From Wocania arenilitoris (lineage in GTDB: Bacteria > Bacteroidota > Bacteroidia > Flavobacteriales > Flavobacteriaceae): DNA of 32,000 nucleotides. Every line of letters starts with the position of its first letter. Position 1 is the first letter of the stretch. Under the pieces are notes generated by a model that had not been told where the DNA came from, searched no databases, and was given only the letters and a program-made list of their open reading frames with translations. The DNA is taken from assembly GCF_021728535.1 (NCBI RefSeq), contig NZ_JAKKDU010000002.1, positions 34,932-66,931 on the forward strand. Reading direction: 5' to 3'. Below, piece after piece: positions 9,728 through 23,556 of this stretch. The position numbers and the translations under genes were made by a program.

Positions 9728-10843
9728 ATGAATCCACGTAGAAACTTTATTAAAAAAACGGCTGCTTTAGGAGCAGTTGCTGTTATGCCTTCCACGTTTA
9801 ACGTTAATATTATTAGAGGAGTTGCACCATCTGATGAAGATCTCATAATCGGTCATGGCGATTATAAATATAAAGTAGATAAAAAATGGGGAGAGCTAGA
9901 CCCAGCAAAAGTACCTGTGGATAATTGTCATGAGATGGTGGTCGACTCTATGGGACGTATAATTTTATTGACCGATGAGCCCAAAAACAATTTGATTATC
10001 TACGACCAATCAGGTAATTTGATTGACGCGTATTGCAATCGATTTCCAGGCGGTCATGGACTTACCATAAACGATGAAGGAGGTGAAGAATTTTTGTATG
10101 TCACAGATAATGGATGGTTTCACGACCACAAGCGACCAGATGAGTTTAAATATTTTAGTGGAGATGGTTTTGTCTCAAAAATAAGTATGAAAGGAGAGTT
10201 GGTTTTTAATTTGGGGCATCCTCAAACCATTGGAATATATGAACCTAGCCAACAATTCAAACCCTCTGAAACCGCTGTAGCTCCCAATGGAGATATTTAT
10301 GTTGCGGACGGTTACGGCTCAGACTTCATTATTCAGTACGATCAGCACGGAAAATACATCAGACACTTTGGAGGAAGTGATAACCCAGATCCCAATTACA
10401 GATTACAGAATGCACATGGCGTTACGGTAGATTTAAGAAACCCCGCCAATCCCCAACTTATAGTTACGTCGAGATCAGAATGCGCGTTCAAGTTTTTCAC
10501 CATGGATGGTGTGTACAAAAAAACGGTTACTATTCCAGGTGCTATGGTTAACAGAGCTGTTATTCATGGGAAAAATATTTATGCTGGAGTATGTTGGTCA
10601 AGAATTGATGGTAAAGGCAAACATGGAACAGGTTATGTTACAATTTTGGATGAAAGCGATAAGGTAGTGTCCAACCCAGGTGGTCAAGCACCTAGGTATG
10701 TAGATGGTAAGTTACAACACCAAATACAAGAAGTTCCCTTTATAAAGCATGGTCATGATGTTTGTGTAGATGGTGATGAAAACCTTTACGTATGTCAATG
10801 GAATGGAGGTAGAACGTATCCCATTAAATTACAAAGAGTATAA
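9728..10843 (+). CDS. Tat-exported NHL-repeat six-bladed beta-propeller protein (peptidyl-alpha-hydroxyglycine amidating lyase-like fold)
   Basis: The twin-arginine signal is MNPRRNFIKKTAALGAVAV. NHL-like blades include NGDIYVADGYGSDFIIQYDQHGKYIRHFGG and DENLYVCQWNGG. This gene is visibly GC-richer than its neighbours. Confidence 0.6.
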   Translation: MNPRRNFIKKTAALGAVAVMPSTFNVNIIRGVAPSDEDLIIGHGDYKYKVDKKWGELDPAKVPVDNCHEMVVDSMGRIILLTDEPKNNLIIYDQSGNLIDAYCNRFPGGHGLTINDEGGEEFLYVTDNGWFHDHKRPDEFKYFSGDGFVSKISMKGELVFNLGHPQTIGIYEPSQQFKPSETAVAPNGDIYVADGYGSDFIIQYDQHGKYIRHFGGSDNPDPNYRLQNAHGVTVDLRNPANPQLIVTSRSECAFKFFTMDGVYKKTVTIPGAMVNRAVIHGKNIYAGVCWSRIDGKGKHGTGYVTILDESDKVVSNPGGQAPRYVDGKLQHQIQEVPFIKHGHDVCVDGDENLYVCQWNGGRTYPIKLQRV

Positions 10844-10846
10844 AAT

Positions 10847-10863
10847 ACGCAACATTATGTTGC
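10847..10863 (+). terminator. Possible stem-loop directly after the stop codon of the NHL gene
   Basis: CGCAACA-tta-TGTTGCG is a perfect 7-bp inverted repeat with a 3-nt loop, starting 4 nt after the TAA at 10841-10843. No T-run follows, so its terminator function is uncertain. Confidence 0.3.
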
Positions 10864-10977
10864 GGTGTAAACAAGAAGTAATCTTAGAGTGAACGGGGTA
10901 TCTGATATCGTATTATTTTTGGTCGATTCTATCCGTTGGAGGTGAACTTTCTATATCATCTTTATTCTTTGTCTTTT

Positions 10978-11038
10978 GTAAGGCTATGTAAAGGTGTTTT
11001 TTAAGTTTTTGTGCGATAGATTTTACATCTTTGTTTAT
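10978..11038 (+). promoter_or_regulatory. Conserved intergenic element, copy B (TAAGGCTATGTAAAGGTGTTTTTTAAGTTTT ... CATCTTTGTTT)
   Basis: See copy A. The core TGTAAAGGTGTTTT is at 10987-11000 and CTTTGTTT at 11029-11036. It lies upstream of the GH63-like/GH2 gene pair. Confidence 0.3.
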
Positions 11039-11178
11039 TATCCTATAGCATTAGGGGGCTTTATAAATTCTATTTTAAAGTTTGATTATATGTGTAATTA
11101 TGGAAATAACTAGCCTTAAATTTAAATAATTAGTAGGCGAGTGTGTTTCTAAATGTTAAAAAATTGGTCTAGTTATAG

Positions 11179-16384
<5,206 letters not shown>

Positions 16385-16552
16385 TATATGTTAATTTTAT
16401 AAATTGCAGTTTGATAATAATATCTTAAAAAAGATAAACAATGTTTTGAGAGCTTAATACTTTTTGATAAAAAGAGAAAGTATAGGTAATTACATAATAT
16501 CTAAGTTGTAAAGGGTTCAACCTAAAAAATTAATTGTATTAATTTAAATAAT

Positions 16553-17740
16553 TTGAAAATAAATCGGTCAAACCTATTCCTTATAGACTTGTTTTGGAGT
16601 TTTTTCCTAATAGGAAGCTATTCATTTGGCGGCCATATGGCCTTAATTGCAATGGTTAGGAAACAATTGGTTGATAAAAAAAAAGTGCTTACAGATGATC
16701 AAATTTTAGATGGTGTATCTTTAGCATCCATCTTGCCAGGTCCATTGGCTGTAAATTCGGTAGTTTATTACGGATTTATTTTAGCTGGAATAAAAGGAGC
16801 TATGGTAAGTTTTTTGGGCGTATTGTTACCTACCTTTCTATTAGTAACGGGATTTTCAGTTTATTATTTCTCAATTGGAGCTGAGGCCGATTTTCATATT
16901 GCTTTCGTTATCCCCGTAGTAGCTGCTGTAATTACAAGCGTAGGCTATAATATGGCCAAAAAGCAAATGCGGGTTTTAAGTCAAGGTTGTATCGCAGTAC
17001 TTGCCTTTATACTTGCTGTAACGGCACCGAATGTAATATTTATAATAGTTGCGATTTTCTTGGGAGGACTAATGGGGTATTTTTTATATGCTAAACAGGA
17101 AGTAATTATTGACGTTAAAAACAATGCGACTAGATTTATAAATAGAAAAGAATTAAAAACATTAGTATACATTTTATTAATTATTATTTCATTAATGGTA
17201 ATTATAGCTAGTTATAACAATAAATTAAATATTTCAGCATATTTAGCCTCGGTTTTTTCAGGAATGAGTTTAACCTTGTTTGGGGGAGGATATGTTATAA
17301 TTCCCATTATGGAACAAGCTCTTGTCGGCGATTTAAATTGGGTAACATTGCACGAGTTTAATGCGGCCATTGGGATAAGTCAAATTACTCCAGGGCCAAT
17401 ACTAACTAGCGTTACTTTTATCGGTTATAAAATGGCAGGATTTACAGGAGCTTTTATAGCGACCGTATCTATTTTTTTACCTTCATCTATATTAATGTTA
17501 ATTCTTTCACACATACAACAAAAAATTAAACATTTTAGTTATATTGATGCTGTTATGAAAGGTATTCGGGCAGTAGTTATTGGATTAATTTTTAGTGGAG
17601 CCTATACCATTGGATTAAAGCATTTTGGTTATCAAACGTTGCCTTGGGTCATTTTTATAGTGTCGCTGTTGTTATTTTTGTTCACTAAAATTCATCCTGC
17701 ATTAGTAATTTTACTAACCTTATTATTTAGTTTTTTATGA
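16553..17740 (+). CDS. chrA: CHR-family (ChrA-like) chromate/sulfate-type anion transporter, two-domain form
   Basis: 395-aa polytopic membrane protein with two CHR halves: SFGGHMALIAMVRKQLV...LPGPLAVN in the first and GGGYVIIPIMEQALV...QITPGPILTS in the second. The apparent start is TTG. Its stop overlaps the next gene's ATG (ATGA at 17737-17740). Confidence 0.8.
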   Translation: MKINRSNLFLIDLFWSFFLIGSYSFGGHMALIAMVRKQLVDKKKVLTDDQILDGVSLASILPGPLAVNSVVYYGFILAGIKGAMVSFLGVLLPTFLLVTGFSVYYFSIGAEADFHIAFVIPVVAAVITSVGYNMAKKQMRVLSQGCIAVLAFILAVTAPNVIFIIVAIFLGGLMGYFLYAKQEVIIDVKNNATRFINRKELKTLVYILLIIISLMVIIASYNNKLNISAYLASVFSGMSLTLFGGGYVIIPIMEQALVGDLNWVTLHEFNAAIGISQITPGPILTSVTFIGYKMAGFTGAFIATVSIFLPSSILMLILSHIQQKIKHFSYIDAVMKGIRAVVIGLIFSGAYTIGLKHFGYQTLPWVIFIVSLLLFLFTKIHPALVILLTLLFSFL

Positions 17741-18747
17741 CTTTATTAAAAAAAGGATTAATCCCTATTCAAATAATAGGTACTCAACGCTCAGGTTCAA
17801 ATTTACTTCGGTTAATTTTAAACCAGTCACCACTAATTTCAGCGCACCATCCACCACATATCTTAAAGGTGTTTTATCCCATTCTACATAAATATGATGA
17901 CTTAAAGGAACATGCTAATTTTAAAAGATTAATACATGATGTTTGCAGACTTGTTGAAACCAACCCAGTAAAATGGGATATTAAATTAGATCGAGAAAAA
18001 GTATTCAGAAGATGTGAAAAACCAACATTAATTGAAGTTTTTAAAGCAGTTTACGAAACAATGGCTTTGAAAGATAACGCTGCTTTTTGGTGTTGTAAAA
18101 GCATGTCAAATGTAAACTTTTATGAACCGATTGAAGACAACGGAATGGAGCCTTATTATATTCATTTGATAAGGGACGGTAGGGATGTTGCAGCTTCATT
18201 TAAAAAAACACTCGTTGGAGAAAAACACATATTTCATTTAGCATCGATTTGGAAAAACAATTATTTGAAAGCCAAGAAAGCATTTGAAAATATAGATAGA
18301 AATAGGTGTTTAACCATAAAATATGAGTCCCTTATAGCCAATCCCATCGAGGTACTCGAACAGATTAATGGTTTTTTAGGGTTGCATTTAGATGAAACTG
18401 TTTTAGATTATTTCAATTCGAACGAATCAAAAATCACGGCAGCAGCAGGATATATGTGGAGTAATCTTACCATGCCTATTATGCCTAATAATAGCAGAAA
18501 ATTTTTAGAAGTCCTTACTCCTGAAGAAATTGAAATATTTGAACATGTTGCAGGAGACTTACTTATAGAAAATGACTATGCTTTGGTGGCCAAATTTGAA
18601 AATAAAGCATTCTCAGATCAGCTAATTAGAGAGTTTGATGCCGAAAATATTAAACTTAAAAAAGAGGCCATGTTATCAAATCACTTAAAAGTAGATAGGC
18701 TATGTCGTCAAGAGAGAAATAAGTTGTTAATTGAATTAAATAAATAG
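17737..18747 (+). CDS. PAPS-dependent sulfotransferase family protein (cytoplasmic)
   Basis: The 5'-phosphosulfate-binding loop IIGTQRSGSNLL is at nt 17779-17799. The 3'-phosphate-binding motif HLIRDGRDVAAS has its RDGRD at 18172-18186. No signal peptide. Confidence 0.8.
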   Translation: MTLLKKGLIPIQIIGTQRSGSNLLRLILNQSPLISAHHPPHILKVFYPILHKYDDLKEHANFKRLIHDVCRLVETNPVKWDIKLDREKVFRRCEKPTLIEVFKAVYETMALKDNAAFWCCKSMSNVNFYEPIEDNGMEPYYIHLIRDGRDVAASFKKTLVGEKHIFHLASIWKNNYLKAKKAFENIDRNRCLTIKYESLIANPIEVLEQINGFLGLHLDETVLDYFNSNESKITAAAGYMWSNLTMPIMPNNSRKFLEVLTPEEIEIFEHVAGDLLIENDYALVAKFENKAFSDQLIREFDAENIKLKKEAMLSNHLKVDRLCRQERNKLLIELNK

Positions 18748-18801
18748 TAACTATGCTTTTAAATAAATACTCAATAAATAAAACCTTACTCACTTTCATA
18801 T

Positions 18802-20439
18802 ATGCATTTTTTTTTTTTGATATCGAAAAGCAATGGACAAAATAAAATTATAGATAATGAAGTGTCCGTTAGTAAATTTGGAGCTATACCAAATGATACT
18901 ATAAACGATAGGATAGCCATTAATAGAGCTTTGTTGTATTGTAAAGAAAATCAAATTAAAAAATTGATTTTTCCTGAAGGGAAATATATTCTTGAGCATC
19001 CAAAAGCTATTTCCTTAATGAATTCTGTGTTAGATTTAAAAATGGGTAAAAACCCAGAAGAAGTTATTTTTAGTCCATATTACAAATATATTAAAGGTTT
19101 AGATATTTATGGTCATAAAGATTTAGAGCTGGTGGGTAATGGTGCAGAACTTATTTGCAAGGGTTGGATGGAACCTATTTCTATAGAAAATTCAAATAAA
19201 ATAAAAATATCAGGATTTACTATCGATTATTATTGGTTACCACATAGTGAGGGTAAGGTTATTGATGTTTCCAATACATATTTTGATGTTCATTTTTCTC
19301 AAGATTATATAGTAAAAAGCAATATGGTTATGCCCAGGATTATGTTTTTTGATACAAAGAAGGACAGAATAGCGAGTGAACCACTATATTTCCCTATAAA
19401 AAATAAACTCATAGCACCACAAACTTTACGTATATGGGGTAACATTCCAGTTAATTACAAGAATGATATTGCTTTAATAAACCATAGTTTTCATTTTAGG
19501 CCAGCAATTTTAATTCATGAAAGTCAAGATGTAGCTATTGAAAATGTTACAATACACTCACAACCAGGTATGGGTATTGTAGGGCACAGGTCTCATAATA
19601 TTTTAATGAGCGGTTTAAGAGTTGTTCCTAAAGCAGGAAGAAAACAATCTACCAATACTGATGCTACCCACTTTACATCATGCACAGGTTATATTCATTT
19701 TAAAAATTGCATGTTTGAAGGCCAGGGAGATGATGCTACAAACGTTCATAATTATTATTACACTATAACTGGCAATATTGAAGATAAATATATAACTAAA
19801 GTCAATGCGCCAACAGGAACCCATGCTCAAGTATTAGATTATCCAGATGTAGGCGATGCGTTTGAACTTGTAGATAAAAATACACTTAAAAAGATTAAAG
19901 AAATAACAGTTAAGGAGGTTGTTACACTTCCTGAAAAATGGGAAACACATTTAACTTTTAATGAGCCTATTCCAATAGATATAGATAGATATTTATTAAT
20001 TAATATTACCCGTTTGCCCAGTTTGCATATGGAGGGTTGTACTATAATGAGTCATTTGGCTAGGGGGATTCTTATAAAGACCCGAAATGTAAGGATTGAA
20101 AACTGTACAATCATGGAGTCGACAGGCACAGGTATACATATTGGAGCAGAAGGTAGCTGGCACGAAGGCCCAGGATCTGCCAATGTAACAATAATTAATA
20201 ACAGAATTATTAGGTGTGGAAGAGGAGATGGAGTACAGAATGAAGCAAGTGGGATTGCCGTAAATGTAGTAAGTTCTAATCCAGCCAAAAATAGTGTACA
20301 TAGAAATCTAGTTTTTGAAAATAATATAATAGAAGGAGAACATGCAAAATACGGTATATATGTTACAGGTGCAGATGATGTGGTTATTAGATATAATGAT
20401 ATATCGGGGTGTAAAATACCTATTTATATAGAAAAATAA
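18802..20439 (+). CDS. Right-handed parallel beta-helix (pectate-lyase fold) protein, putative glycosidase or polysaccharide lyase; the N-terminus is probably disrupted by a frameshift
   Basis: The Pectate_lyase_3-like N-terminus is VSKFGAIPNDTINDRIAINRALLYCKENQIKKLIFPEGKY. PbH1-like turns include NVTIHSQPGMGIVGH, TNTDATHF, GQGDDATNVHN, ENCTIMESTGTGIHIGAEG and NNIIEGEH. As called, the protein has no credible signal peptide, whereas the upstream frame (from 18753) supplies one. Confidence 0.6.
   Translation: MHFFFLISKSNGQNKIIDNEVSVSKFGAIPNDTINDRIAINRALLYCKENQIKKLIFPEGKYILEHPKAISLMNSVLDLKMGKNPEEVIFSPYYKYIKGLDIYGHKDLELVGNGAELICKGWMEPISIENSNKIKISGFTIDYYWLPHSEGKVIDVSNTYFDVHFSQDYIVKSNMVMPRIMFFDTKKDRIASEPLYFPIKNKLIAPQTLRIWGNIPVNYKNDIALINHSFHFRPAILIHESQDVAIENVTIHSQPGMGIVGHRSHNILMSGLRVVPKAGRKQSTNTDATHFTSCTGYIHFKNCMFEGQGDDATNVHNYYYTITGNIEDKYITKVNAPTGTHAQVLDYPDVGDAFELVDKNTLKKIKEITVKEVVTLPEKWETHLTFNEPIPIDIDRYLLINITRLPSLHMEGCTIMSHLARGILIKTRNVRIENCTIMESTGTGIHIGAEGSWHEGPGSANVTIINNRIIRCGRGDGVQNEASGIAVNVVSSNPAKNSVHRNLVFENNIIEGEHAKYGIYVTGADDVVIRYNDISGCKIPIYIEK
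18807..18818 (+). repeat. T12 homopolymer at the 5' end of the beta-helix gene
   Basis: Twelve consecutive T were counted directly. They join a 30-codon ORF (ATG 18753, MLLNKYSINKTLLTFIYAFFFF...) in one frame to the 545-aa ORF in the next frame. Confidence 0.95.
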
Positions 20440-20472
20440 TTTGGACTAAAGTTTTTTGTAAAGTTTAATGTA

Positions 20473-22104
20473 ATGATAAATATTATGTTTTTTAATATAA
20501 TTAACAGATGTTTAAATTTTAAGATATTTTTGGATAAGCTTAAATTAAATTTACTCAGTAACAATAATAAGCTAAATAAAGTTGAGTACTTGAGTGGTAA
20601 AATACAACAAGGAGTTTGTTGTTCTTTACTTTTAATAATGGGGTCTTGTGCTAACGAGCAGACTAATAAGCAGCCTCCAAACATCCTGTTCTGCGTAGCG
20701 GATGATGCTTCATATGCTCATTTTGGAGCCTATGGTTGCGATTGGGTAAAAACTCCAAATTTCGACCGGGTTTCTAATGAAGGGATATTGTTTACCAATG
20801 CCTATACCCCAAATGCCAAATGCGCTCCGTCAAGGTCATGTATAATCACCGGGAGGAACCCCTGGCAGTTGGAGGCGGCAGCTAATCATTGGCCCTATTT
20901 CCCCGATAAATATAAAACTGTTTGTGAAGCACTCCGCGAAAATGGATATGAAACAGCCTTTACAGGTAAGCCATGGGGGCCTGGGAAATTTAAAGAAGGT
21001 AGGGAGTTGATAGGTACACGCTACGATGTAAAAGGGGAAACCCCAACATCGGAGATTGAAAATACAGACTATGCTGGGAGCCTTAATCTTTTTCTGAAAG
21101 AACGAAATAAAAAGAAACCATTCTTTTTTTGGTATGGGGGCTGGGAACCACATCGTTATTATGAATATGGTTCAGGTATTGAAAAAGGAGGAAAGCAGCT
21201 TGATATGATAAAGCAGACAGATATCCCTTCTTACTGGCCAGATGAAGAAAAGGTGAAGACTGACATGTTGGATTATGCTTTTGAATTGGAATGGTTCGAT
21301 TTGCACCTAGGGAAAATGATTGATCTTTTAGAAAAACAGGGTCTTTTGGAAAATACAATGATAGTCGTTACATCAGACAATGGGATGCCTTTCCCACGGG
21401 TAAAGGGAAATCCATATGAACATAGTACCCACATGCCACTTGCTATTATGTGGAAAGGAAAAATTATTAATCCCCGAAAAGTGAATCATAGCTTAATTAG
21501 TTTTATTGATTTTGCACCTACATTTCTTGAAGCTGCAGGTATCGATATAGCCACCAGTGGAATGCAACCTATTAGTGGAAAAAGCATTTTAAATATACTT
21601 ACTAGTGAGGAAGAAAGAAATGAACGTAAAGTTTTATTGCAGGGCAGGGAACGTACAGATGTAGGAAGACCAAACGATTGGGGCTATCCGGTACGGTCCA
21701 TTAGAAAAGACAGCCTTCTATACCTATATAATTTTCATCCAGAAAGATGGCCAGGAGGTAATCCTGAAACAGATTTCAGGGATACCGCACCAGGACCAAC
21801 AAAAGAAGCAGTTATTAAAAGTGGAGAGAGTAGTGTATGGTGGGAAGCTTGCCTTGGGCTTAGGCCACAGGAAGAATTGTATAACCTAAACCAAGACCAA
21901 GAGTGTATGAATAACCTTTGCAATACGGAAGCCTATGTTGGTATTGCCGCAGAATTGAAAGAGGAATTATTTCAACTTTTAAAAAAAGAAGGCGATCCGC
22001 GTATGGAAGGTAAAGATGACTATTTCGACCAGTTCCCTTACATCAATGATACAGAACGGGGACTTTATGATCGTACAATTTTAAAAATGAATAAAAAAAG
22101 ATAA
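20473..22104 (+). CDS. S1-family sulfatase (sulfamidase-like subgroup), lipoprotein
   Basis: ILFCVADDASYAHFG is present. CAPSRSCIITGRNP has its motif at 20821-20835. FTGKPWGPG and VTSDNGMPFPRVKG follow. The first ~39 codons are AT-rich and unlike a leader. An in-frame TTG at 20590 would give (M)SGKIQQGVCCSLLLIMGSC, a plausible lipoprotein signal, so the true start is uncertain. Confidence 0.85.
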   Translation: MINIMFFNIINRCLNFKIFLDKLKLNLLSNNNKLNKVEYLSGKIQQGVCCSLLLIMGSCANEQTNKQPPNILFCVADDASYAHFGAYGCDWVKTPNFDRVSNEGILFTNAYTPNAKCAPSRSCIITGRNPWQLEAAANHWPYFPDKYKTVCEALRENGYETAFTGKPWGPGKFKEGRELIGTRYDVKGETPTSEIENTDYAGSLNLFLKERNKKKPFFFWYGGWEPHRYYEYGSGIEKGGKQLDMIKQTDIPSYWPDEEKVKTDMLDYAFELEWFDLHLGKMIDLLEKQGLLENTMIVVTSDNGMPFPRVKGNPYEHSTHMPLAIMWKGKIINPRKVNHSLISFIDFAPTFLEAAGIDIATSGMQPISGKSILNILTSEEERNERKVLLQGRERTDVGRPNDWGYPVRSIRKDSLLYLYNFHPERWPGGNPETDFRDTAPGPTKEAVIKSGESSVWWEACLGLRPQEELYNLNQDQECMNNLCNTEAYVGIAAELKEELFQLLKKEGDPRMEGKDDYFDQFPYINDTERGLYDRTILKMNKKR

Positions 22105-22112
22105 TTGTTGTA

Positions 22113-23543
22113 ATGAAAATAAAACTATTAATATCGATTGTTGCCACCTACATTTGCCTGTCTGGATGCATGTCAAAGAATAAGCAAAAAACTGTTTCTG
22201 ATAGACCAAACATCATTTTTATTCTTGCCGATGACCTTGGCTATGGCGATTTGGGATGTTACGGACAAGAACAAATAAAAACCCCCTTTATAGATAATCT
22301 AGCAAGGTCTGGTATGCGATTTACCAATCATTATGCAGGAAGTACTGTATGTGCACCTTCGCGTTGCTCATTAATGACTGGTAAACACACTGGAAAATCA
22401 AAAATAAGAGGTAATAAATATAATTTTTCATTGGAATCTGCTGATACTACAGTAGCTCAAATTATGCAAAACGCAGGTTATAAAACAGCAATTATTGGAA
22501 AGTGGGGATTGGGAGACAATGGATCAGCAGGGCAACCTTCTAAGAAAGGTTTTGATTATTTTGTAGGCTATTTAGACCAAATAAGGGCACACAATGCTTA
22601 TACCGACTGGCTTTGGAAAAATTCAGATACTTTGAAAACAAATAATAAGGTTAAGATTATTCCAGAAAGTTATGCGAAAGGCATAGGAAGTATTGCGACA
22701 GAGAAAAATACTCATACTCAGGATATCTTTACCAATGAAGCGTTAAGTTTTATTGAAAACAATAAAACGGACCCTTTCTTTTTGTATCTGTCTTATACTT
22801 TACCACATGCAAACAATGAAGCTTGGTATTTAAATGAAATAGGAATGGAAGTGCCAGAGTTAATGGGGTACGATACTTCTCTTTCTGAAATGAAACCAGT
22901 TCAGCAGGCATTTGCAGCTTCAGTATCTTATCTAGATCGCGATGTGGGGAAAATAATTTCTAAACTAAAAGAGCTTGGAATAGACAATAATACGTTGGTA
23001 ATATTTGCTTCAGATAATGGACCCCATGAAGAAGGAGGTGTAGATTCCAAAATATTTAAAAGTTCAGGATCTCTTAGGGGTATTAAAAGAGACCTTTATG
23101 AAGGAGGTATTCGTGTGCCAATGATAGCTTATTGGCCAGGTAAAATTGCTCAAGGCTCTCTGTCTATGCATGCCTCAGCATTTTGGGACTTCCTACCTAC
23201 AGCATGTAATATAGCTGGAGTAGAGCCTCCTAAATGGACTGATGGAATTTCCTATTACAACGAATTGCTTGGTAAGCCCCAGAAAAAACACGAATTTCTC
23301 TATTGGGAGTGGTCTTCTGAAGGAGGCAAACAAGCCGTAAGACTTGGCAACTGGAAAGGTGTGCGTTTAAACGCCTCAAAAGGTTCCGATGCACCAATTG
23401 AACTTTACAATCTCTCAAAAGATATTGGTGAGTTAAAAAATATAGCAGAAGAATATCCCTTAGAGGTAAGTAAAATCTCAGAAATAATGAAAAGGGAGCA
23501 TACTTACTCTAAAGACTTTAATTTTGATTATGAGATTGATTAA
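22113..23543 (+). CDS. S1-family sulfatase (arylsulfatase A / GalNAc-6-sulfatase-like), lipoprotein
   Basis: Signal ATYICLSGC. IIFILADDLGYGDLG is present. CAPSRCSLMTGKHTG has its motif at 22350-22364. GKWGLG, FASDNGP and LYEGGIRVP follow. It starts 8 nt after the previous sulfatase. Confidence 0.9.
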   Translation: MKIKLLISIVATYICLSGCMSKNKQKTVSDRPNIIFILADDLGYGDLGCYGQEQIKTPFIDNLARSGMRFTNHYAGSTVCAPSRCSLMTGKHTGKSKIRGNKYNFSLESADTTVAQIMQNAGYKTAIIGKWGLGDNGSAGQPSKKGFDYFVGYLDQIRAHNAYTDWLWKNSDTLKTNNKVKIIPESYAKGIGSIATEKNTHTQDIFTNEALSFIENNKTDPFFLYLSYTLPHANNEAWYLNEIGMEVPELMGYDTSLSEMKPVQQAFAASVSYLDRDVGKIISKLKELGIDNNTLVIFASDNGPHEEGGVDSKIFKSSGSLRGIKRDLYEGGIRVPMIAYWPGKIAQGSLSMHASAFWDFLPTACNIAGVEPPKWTDGISYYNELLGKPQKKHEFLYWEWSSEGGKQAVRLGNWKGVRLNASKGSDAPIELYNLSKDIGELKNIAEEYPLEVSKISEIMKREHTYSKDFNFDYEID

Positions 23544-23556
23544 AGAAACTAGAAAT

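Noticed and set aside
16553-17740. The ChrA-like gene could be read as evidence of a chromate or heavy-metal resistance island.
   Set aside because: No chrB, chrR, chrF or other metal-resistance or mobile-element genes are adjacent. The gene is translationally coupled to a sulfotransferase, so a sulfate-related role is the more economical reading, though it is unproven.
23544-23556. A 13-nt gap between the convergent sulfatase and cysC stop codons could hold a bidirectional terminator.
   Set aside because: No inverted repeat fits in AGAAACTAGAAAT. I treated the gap only as a boundary of the GC-rich cassette, not as a feature in its own right.
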